Origin: Candidatus Yanofskybacteria bacterium RIFCSPHIGHO2_02_FULL_43_17
Lineage (GTDB): Bacteria; Patescibacteriota; Minisyncoccia; 2-02-FULL-40-12; GWA2-44-9
Assembly (NCBI GenBank): GCA_001794435.1
Contig: MGJU01000013.1
Location: forward strand, 157,196-212,696
Direction of reading: 5' to 3'
Length of the DNA stretch: 55,501 bases
Positions within the stretch are counted from its first letter, which is position 1, and the number at the start of each line of letters is the position of its first letter. The position numbers and the translations under genes were made by a program. The notes beneath the pieces are model-generated. The model was not told the origin of the DNA. It worked only from the letters and a program-made list of their open reading frames with translations, and did not search any database. This document shows positions 49,420 through 55,501 of this stretch, piece after piece.

Positions 49420-51276
49420 CTATCTTTTTAACATTTTGAGAAAAACCTCCTGCGGCAAGTTCACCCTTCCCGCCTCTTTCATTTTCTTTTTCCCTTTTTT
49501 CTGCTTTTCCAGAAGTTTCATTTTTCTGGTTACGTCGCCGCCATATAGATAGCCGGTCACATCTTTGCGCTTTGCTTTGATGGATTCACGAGCAATTATC
49601 TTGCCTCCTATCGCCGCTTGTATCGCCACCTCGAACCATTGAGGCGGAATGACCTCTTTAAGTTTCGCCGCCATTGTCCTTCCTTCGTAGTACGCCTTAT
49701 CCTTGGGGACTATCCTTGAAAATGGTTCGACGAGCTCACCGGCAATCAAAATATCCAACCGCACCAAGTCATTGACCGCCATTCCCTTCAACTCATAGCT
49801 CATCGAAGCATAGCCAGACGATACGCTTTTCAATTTATCATAAAAATCGGTTATGACTTCCGATAAAGGCATCTCATATCTCAGAAACGCGGTCTCTTTG
49901 CCAAAATAATCAGTCGCCTGGTATGTATTCCTGAATGAAGATATGAGCTCCATAACGCTACCCAAATAAGAACTTGGGGTTATTATTTCGATATCGACCA
50001 CTGGTTCGGCTATGCTTTCGATTTTAGACGGATCGGGAAGTGAAGATGCCGACTTTATTCTTACTTCTTCTCTGTCAGCAAGTTTGATCAAATATTCAAC
50101 CGAGGGTGTTGAGATTATCAGAGGCAAATCGAACTCACGCTTTAGCCGTTCCGAGATTATCTCAACGTGTAGCATACCGAGAAAACCAAGCCGGAATCCC
50201 CTGCCCAAGCCGACAGAAGATTCGGGCTCATAGATCAGAGAGGCATCCGTCAGTTTGAGTTTCCCCAAAGCATCCTTGAGTAAATCGTAATCTTCAGCGT
50301 TTTCGGGAAAAAAGCTGGCAAAGACCATCGGCTTGGGTTCCTTGTATCCTGATAAGGGCTTGAATTGCGTATTGCGTATTGCGTATTGCGTATTATTTTT
50401 AATGCGTAATTCGTAATCCGTAATGCTTAATTGAGACGTAATAGTATCGCCGACACGGATAAGTCCGGGGTCCTTGAGTCCGGTGGCTATGTAGCCGATA
50501 TTTCCGGCAGACAGTTCAGAATTTAACGTAAGTTTGGGAGCAAAGAACCCGACCTCAAGAACATCAAATTTTGCTTTCGTTGCCCAAGACGCAACCTTAT
50601 CTCCTCTTTTGAAAGCACCGTCGAACATCCTGACATAAGCAATAATACCTTTATAAGCGTCGAAGGTTGAATCAAATATAAGCGCTCCCGATTCAACCGT
50701 ATCTAATTCTTGGTACTTAATATTTGCGCTTGGCGAAGGTACTTTTTCTATCACCGCTTGAAGCAATTTTTCCACATTTGCCCCGGTCTTGCCGGACACC
50801 TCCAATATCTCATCCTGTTCTATTTCCAAAAGATACGACAGTTCCTCCTTAACTTGTGCGGTTCTGGCGTTTGGCAAATCAATTTTATTCACCGCCGGTA
50901 TTATTTTCAGTCCTTGTGTCTTGGCAAGATGAAGATTGGCAAGCGTCTGGGCCTGTATACCCTTGGAAGCGTCGACGAGAAGTATCGCCCCCTCAACCGC
51001 AGCTAGAGACCGTGACACTTCGTATGAGAAATCAACGTGTCCGGGGGTATCAATCAGATTTAAGACATAGGCCTTAGAACCTAAAACATAGTTCATCCTC
51101 ACCGGCTGCAGTTTAATGGTAATACCTCTTTCTCTCTCCAACTCCATTTGATCCAGATACTGCTCTTGCATCTTTCTTTTCTCAACCGTCCCGGTCAATT
51201 CTAAAAATCGGTCCGCTAATGTGGACTTGCCGTGATCAATATGCGCAATTATACAAAAATTTCGTACGTTATTCAT
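49420..51276 (-). CDS. lepA: Translation elongation factor 4 (LepA)
   Basis: NFCIIAHIDHGKSTLADR, DTPGHVDF, NKID G-motifs and a conserved C-terminal LepA domain; ATG at 51276 preferred over GTG at 51294; in-frame heptamer-array insert at 50364-50424. Confidence 0.95.
   Translation of the reverse strand: MNNVRNFCIIAHIDHGKSTLADRFLELTGTVEKRKMQEQYLDQMELERERGITIKLQPVRMNYVLGSKAYVLNLIDTPGHVDFSYEVSRSLAAVEGAILLVDASKGIQAQTLANLHLAKTQGLKIIPAVNKIDLPNARTAQVKEELSYLLEIEQDEILEVSGKTGANVEKLLQAVIEKVPSPSANIKYQELDTVESGALIFDSTFDAYKGIIAYVRMFDGAFKRGDKVASWATKAKFDVLEVGFFAPKLTLNSELSAGNIGYIATGLKDPGLIRVGDTITSQLSITDYELRIKNNTQYAIRNTQFKPLSGYKEPKPMVFASFFPENAEDYDLLKDALGKLKLTDASLIYEPESSVGLGRGFRLGFLGMLHVEIISERLKREFDLPLIISTPSVEYLIKLADREEVRIKSASSLPDPSKIESIAEPVVDIEIITPSSYLGSVMELISSFRNTYQATDYFGKETAFLRYEMPLSEVITDFYDKLKSVSSGYASMSYELKGMAVNDLVRLDILIAGELVEPFSRIVPKDKAYYEGRTMAAKLKEVIPPQWFEVAIQAAIGGKIIARESIKAKRKDVTGYLYGGDVTRKMKLLEKQKKGKKKMKEAGRVNLPQEVFLKMLKR
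50364..50424. repeat. Heptamer inverted array inside lepA
   Basis: (attgcgt)x4 att - atttttaat region - gcgtaat tcgtaat ccgtaat; translated ITDYELRIKNNTQYAIRNTQ. Confidence 0.85.
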
Positions 51277-51314
51277 AAGATAAAGAGGTCCCACGAGGAG
51301 CGGGACCTGACTAC

Positions 51315-51572
51315 CTACTCTTCAAAAGGAAGAGAATCTGGGGAAAGTTCGCCTTTTGCCTTTCTGATAGCGTCGCGACATTGGGCGCAGCCGGAGTTAT
51401 GCTCTAATACTTTCATTCTTTGTCCAACAGGAAGACGCTCCTTCTCCTTATCATCGGTCAACTTCTCTATAAATGAAGGTTTGATATGACCATCTTTTCC
51501 CAAAACCGCCTCCGGCTTAGGTGGGAGGTCTGAAAATTCAGTAATGTGCATCGGTTTTTCTCTACTCCTCAT
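51315..51572 (-). CDS. Hypothetical small protein
   Basis: 85-aa ORF between DUF4012 and lepA; a hairpin ggtccc-N9-gggacc lies between it and lepA. Confidence 0.35.
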   Translation of the reverse strand: MRSREKPMHITEFSDLPPKPEAVLGKDGHIKPSFIEKLTDDKEKERLPVGQRMKVLEHNSGCAQCRDAIRKAKGELSPDSLPFEE

Positions 51573-51587
51573 TGCTATATATTCTAC

Positions 51588-54143
51588 TTATTCCAGCTTA
51601 AATTTCAACTCCAGGTCTTTGTTAAATTCCCCATAATATAGGAGGGAGTCGCCTACTTGGAACTCGAAATTGTCAACCTCAAGACCCGGCTGTTTTTGTA
51701 CATAAATATTATTGCTTTGCACGGATACGACATATTCCAGCTCAACCGTCTTTTGCTTTCCAGGGTCAGTGATAAGCCAAAAAGCAAAACCTGTTTTGCC
51801 TGATTCGCTATAGGTGCTAACTCCGTTTTCATTGTCAATCCCGTTAGAGGTCCGACCCGCCTGGAAGGCGTGGTCGGCAGACGACCCCGACTCAAGTCGG
51901 GGCGTCTTACCTCTAACGGGATGAAAGCCGGATTCCAGTTTTAATAAATCGCCGTCCTGCTTAAAGTCGCTGCCGGAATAATTTATGAGTGGTTTGTACC
52001 CCGGATCTGAATTGCCGGAGATGCTGACCAATTCCGAACCTTCTGGAACAAGCACGCGGACATAAGCCGGATTTTGCTTGTTATAAAATCCGTATCTTGT
52101 CGAACCGCCGTTGTGCTGGCGCGTAAGCTCAATCTTGTGTACCATCCTGCCTTCCTCAAACCGAACCGACACTTTAATGGAGTTATCGGTCACTATGTCG
52201 GTCTTTGAACCCTTTACGTTTGTAAATGTAATCATCAAGTAGTCCTCGTCAGTATTCTTGATAAGTCCGCCGAATCCCTTATCGGCCACGAATTGTTCTA
52301 AGTTCAGGTCTTTGAAGTACATCAACACGTCTTTTTTGTCCAACCCCGATATGAATACACTAAATATGTCCAGCCACTTACCAGGGTCCGATGAGTTTAT
52401 TCTTTCTAAAAGTTTAGGCGCCATATCTAAAACGACTTTCTTGGGTTGTTCCCGGTTGTCTCCGTATTCCACTTCCGCCTGAATGGTAGACAAGAAGTTC
52501 TCATCATTTATCGAAAAGCCGTACTCCGGCATTTCTATCGGCCCGACCACTTTCAATATGTCTGATATCATTCTCGGGCTCATTGTTATAACACCGTCAA
52601 TATCGTAGCCGGCTTCTTTATTAAAAAATTCCATGGTTTTCTGCGCAGAGACAGAAAAATCAATAAACCAATTGGCGTCTCTCATCCCCCAATTCGGAGT
52701 TATGTGCTGCAGAGGTTTGGGCGGGATGATATTTTCTTTAAGCTGTCCGTCCAGATTATAAACGTCGTCAACCAAAAAGCCGGCAAGACGCCCGTCCTTG
52801 AAGGTTACAACGGCATAAGTTCCGGGAAACCCGCCAGTCGGCCTCAATTCGCTGTTGTTTTGGAACAGGATTAGATATTTCTTTGTACCGTTTGAGCCGA
52901 GTAAGTTCTCCAAAAAACTGGTGTATTCCACGGCATCGGAGACAATGCTTCTAAATTCGGGGAGTTTGGATTGAAATTCCAAGAATGATTCCCTTTTATC
53001 CTCCGGCAAGGCTTCAGCGTTTACATCGGATAGAAGAGCGCTGGCTTTTGATAAGTTCTTGCTTGATGAGGCAAATGATTTTTTGAGGTCGCTGAAAATG
53101 TTCTGATGTCGAACATCATTATCTGTGACAACGTCCGACATCATTAAAATTAAACTCGTTTTCGACAACGCCGTAACCGCCTCCGACATTGACTTTCCCG
53201 CTTCAGCAAGCAGTTTTCCCGCCTCAACAAGGTTTTTTGCCGATTTCAATTTACCGGCGCCCGGCAGTTCGGCAAACAAAGAAGTAATGCTGGCCCCCAT
53301 AAAGTTCAGGCTTTCACCTGCTTTTGAAAATTCTCCATACGCTTCGGCGAAATCGTTTGATGCCGCTTCAAAATCAAACACTCTCAAGCTCTCGTTGGCT
53401 TGTTCGAGATTAGCCACCGCCAAATTGCTTTCTCTCAATACTTCGTTTTTTACGCTTATTCCGTACTGACCAAACGAAGTAAATATCAGAGCAGAAAAAC
53501 CAACGACGCCAAAGGTCAAAAAATTATTCCGTCTGAACAAATAATTTTTTGACCGGATTAAAAATTCTGGATTAAAAATTCCCGTAATTCGTAACTCATA
53601 ATTTTTGTTCCAACCTTGCCGAGAATTCTCGGTAGCTTTGTTGTCGGAATTTCTCGCGTACTTCGCCCAGCTTTCTATTTCCGATGACGCCGCTCCTGGT
53701 ATTTTTTCCGTCATCATCCCCAAAGAAATGGGATCTATCTTTCTCGGCTCCCCGATTATTCCCTCGCCGTGAACCGGCGCAACCCGTTGATTTATTTGAG
53801 AAAGTATCGCTTGGTAGGGATCGGCAACTTCCGATTTTTGCTTCGCAAAAATCGGGCGGTATCTCGGCCTTCCGGCCTTTTTCTTCATAACCGTTTCCCC
53901 GCCGATACTTTTTATTTCTTTTGCCACATCGAGGGTCTGGCTTAAAACCGCCTCGAATTCTTCTCGCGGAGAGAAGAATTTTTCATCCGCCCGACTCGAT
54001 AGTTCAGAAGGTTTGGTTTTAACTGAAGCAAGATTTACCACTGGCGCCACCTTCGCAATTTTCCGTACATCAACCAAGCCCGAATCATCTACGGGTTTAA
54101 TATCGAATAGCGCTTTCAGAATATTCGGTTTTTTATCAGACAC
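51588..54143 (-). CDS. DUF4012 domain protein
   Basis: 851-aa ORF; central TM; FQNNSELRPTGGFPGTYAVVTFKDG motif characteristic of DUF4012; heptamer units at 53582-53602 in frame (NYELRIT). Confidence 0.7.
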   Translation of the reverse strand: MSDKKPNILKALFDIKPVDDSGLVDVRKIAKVAPVVNLASVKTKPSELSSRADEKFFSPREEFEAVLSQTLDVAKEIKSIGGETVMKKKAGRPRYRPIFAKQKSEVADPYQAILSQINQRVAPVHGEGIIGEPRKIDPISLGMMTEKIPGAASSEIESWAKYARNSDNKATENSRQGWNKNYELRITGIFNPEFLIRSKNYLFRRNNFLTFGVVGFSALIFTSFGQYGISVKNEVLRESNLAVANLEQANESLRVFDFEAASNDFAEAYGEFSKAGESLNFMGASITSLFAELPGAGKLKSAKNLVEAGKLLAEAGKSMSEAVTALSKTSLILMMSDVVTDNDVRHQNIFSDLKKSFASSSKNLSKASALLSDVNAEALPEDKRESFLEFQSKLPEFRSIVSDAVEYTSFLENLLGSNGTKKYLILFQNNSELRPTGGFPGTYAVVTFKDGRLAGFLVDDVYNLDGQLKENIIPPKPLQHITPNWGMRDANWFIDFSVSAQKTMEFFNKEAGYDIDGVITMSPRMISDILKVVGPIEMPEYGFSINDENFLSTIQAEVEYGDNREQPKKVVLDMAPKLLERINSSDPGKWLDIFSVFISGLDKKDVLMYFKDLNLEQFVADKGFGGLIKNTDEDYLMITFTNVKGSKTDIVTDNSIKVSVRFEEGRMVHKIELTRQHNGGSTRYGFYNKQNPAYVRVLVPEGSELVSISGNSDPGYKPLINYSGSDFKQDGDLLKLESGFHPVRGKTPRLESGSSADHAFQAGRTSNGIDNENGVSTYSESGKTGFAFWLITDPGKQKTVELEYVVSVQSNNIYVQKQPGLEVDNFEFQVGDSLLYYGEFNKDLELKFKLE
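53582..53602. repeat. Solo heptamer units inside DUF4012 gene
   Basis: ccgtaat tcgtaac tcataat. Confidence 0.6.
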
Positions 54144-54144
54144 G

Positions 54145-55501
54145 TTATTTGGATTTGACTCCGCCTTTTATTTTGACTCCGCCTTTTATTTTTATGAGAG
54201 GGGTGGCTGCGGCTGCTCCCCCGCCTCGGTCCGTAATTGCTCTAATTTTCCAAAAATCATTTCTTGTGTCGTAGTCACCGGCAGCAGTACCGCGGCCAGC
54301 GATTCCGCCGTCAATATCGTCTGCGTCATCGTGCCGAGTGGTAGTAGCAGCCGTGTCATCAGCTGGTTCCCAATCAGGCGTTTCGTCAACTCCGATCCAG
54401 CCGGGATCAGATGGTTTGGTGGCGCCGTGGTCTAAAACCCACACATCAAAAGTAACCGCGCTCCCGGCCGTTCCGGTGCAAGCTAAACGAACAGTATGGA
54501 AATCTCCGACAGTATACGTGCCAATAACGTTATTTGCCAAAGTAGTGCGCGTGCCGGTATTCCACCGAGTCAAATTGTGATCAGCGCCACCCCCCCCATC
54601 ATCCTGAATAAAAACGGCGTAAACATCATCCGCGCCGGCATTATTGGCCCGGCAAGCCGCTGTCGGCAAGCGAATACTGGAACCGAGAATACCGGTAACC
54701 TGAACTTCCTGCTCGATACTGCCCGGGTCGGCAGAATCATATCTGACAAACATACTATCAGCAGCATCTGTTACAAAGTCCAATTCTCCATTTGCAGAAT
54801 CCCAGGCCACTTCCCCAAGCTCTACAACCCATGTTCCGGGAAAACCGGGATCGCTGGTAAAGTCGTCGAGATATTCCGTATTATGCGTTTCGGCAACCAA
54901 CTTTTCCGGGGGGCGATAAGCATTATGATTAAGATATGCGTAAATATCCTGAACTATTTTCCTTAAAGTGGTGTTATTATCATAACTGGCTATGTCTGCG
55001 CTAAAGCCTGATTTGTTTTGAATCTGACCGCCATAGTCGGTAAAACTATAAGCTCCTAGAAAAGTTCCCAGGGTATTTTGTAAAGTTGTTTTTTGCGAAA
55101 CTGTCAAATCTCCCAGTCGGGTGTCTAAAATTTTTCCTGGAAATAGAATCGTATTGGCATCGGGAGCGCCGATATTGCCTCTTAAACGAACAAGGGCATA
55201 AGGAACAGAGTACAAACCGGCAACAGAATCAAATGGCGGATAAGAAGCGTCTGTGCTTTCCGCCAATCTTGGGGTTTGAACCATTGCCGCAACCGTAAAA
55301 CCGCCGTCACTTTCCCGTACTATTCTTGATAATCCATATTGGCCGTCTAGTACGGTTACCGGGGCTGAAGATTCATCGGAGCCAAGACTGATGTAGCTTT
55401 GGTTGGTCTGATTGTTATTTTCCGTCGTAATCCAATCGGCTGATTTGATAACATCCGAAAAACGAACCTTATTAACCTCGGCGGGATTCTGATTGGTGGG
55501 T
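54145..55501 (-). CDS. Hypothetical protein, 5'-partial (runs off the window end)
   Basis: The reading frame stays open upstream of the listed Met at 55284 all the way to position 55501 (hand translation ...PTNQNPAEVNKVRFSDVIKSADWITTENNNQ...); stop lies 1 nt from the DUF4012 start; C-terminal IKGGVK x2 from an 18-nt tandem repeat at 54155-54190. Confidence 0.55.
   Translation of the reverse strand, partial: PTNQNPAEVNKVRFSDVIKSADWITTENNNQTNQSYISLGSDESSAPVTVLDGQYGLSRIVRESDGGFTVAAMVQTPRLAESTDASYPPFDSVAGLYSVPYALVRLRGNIGAPDANTILFPGKILDTRLGDLTVSQKTTLQNTLGTFLGAYSFTDYGGQIQNKSGFSADIASYDNNTTLRKIVQDIYAYLNHNAYRPPEKLVAETHNTEYLDDFTSDPGFPGTWVVELGEVAWDSANGELDFVTDAADSMFVRYDSADPGSIEQEVQVTGILGSSIRLPTAACRANNAGADDVYAVFIQDDGGGGADHNLTRWNTGTRTTLANNVIGTYTVGDFHTVRLACTGTAGSAVTFDVWVLDHGATKPSDPGWIGVDETPDWEPADDTAATTTRHDDADDIDGGIAGRGTAAGDYDTRNDFWKIRAITDRGGGAAAATPLIKIKGGVKIKGGVKSK

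Noticed and set aside
48816-50424. Heptamer and octamer arrays as a possible CRISPR array
   Set aside because: The units are 7-8 nt with no unique spacers, the arrays are inverted pairs, and there are no cas genes. They are not CRISPR.
51277-51294. GTG start extending LepA by six residues (MGPLYL)
   Set aside because: The extension lies within a hairpin (ggtccc-N9-gggacc) that looks like the terminator of the upstream gene. The ATG at 51276 gives the canonical LepA N-terminus.

Overview
All homology calls below are by-eye motif recognition; no database or folding program was run. The window is a compact, roughly 90% coding bacterial segment. About 46 of 49 CDS lie on the minus strand. Gene content looks like Patescibacteria/CPR: DUF4012, DUF192, a four-helix-bundle (23S-IVS-type) protein, many membrane-anchored hypotheticals, giant S/T/P-rich surface proteins, free-standing HNH, GIY-YIG and LAGLIDADG-like nucleases, and a domain-reduced RF2. 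Positions 14-20624 form a surface-glycosylation island. It holds a GT2 Dpm1-like gene, two GT4 genes, a Wzy-like/TPR protein, a GT39 PMT/ArnT-like gene, two TMTC-like TPR membrane proteins and one further polytopic protein, interleaved with genes for secreted Ser/Thr/Pro-rich proteins. Positions 21594-29691 encode two proteins of more than 1200 aa. One is S-layer-like and sits behind a 715-bp non-coding leader. The other combines PLC/P1-nuclease-like, LTD, ComEA-HhH and beta-propeller parts. Positions 30223-31253 hold an HUH/Y1 (RAYT-type) transposase bracketed by its own perfect palindromes. The right half carries glycoside hydrolases, an FKBP isomerase, small nuclease genes, three tRNAs (Gln-CUG, Thr-CGU, Gly-CCC), ftsEX, prfB, lepA and a DUF4012 protein. 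The most unusual signal is a set of tiny repeat families that sit inside intact ORFs in frame. Family 1 is a 37-39 nt REP palindrome whose arms each contain a perfect TTATCCACA DnaA-box 9-mer. Family 2 is a 39-nt TTAAC..GTTAA hairpin read as LTTSDGRGTSDVK, with a long form carrying 21 extra nt. Family 3 is inverted heptamer arrays (ATTACGN)n/(NCGTAAT)n; these bracket the four-helix-bundle gene and also sit inside lepA. Family 4 is 8-nt-period arrays (ATTGTTNN, ATTTCGAT). Two adjacent membrane-protein genes carry three and four different elements each. I read this as a Rickettsia-RPE-like colonisation of coding sequence by several mini-elements. One family has an identifiable RAYT partner, and one has a candidate cargo gene.
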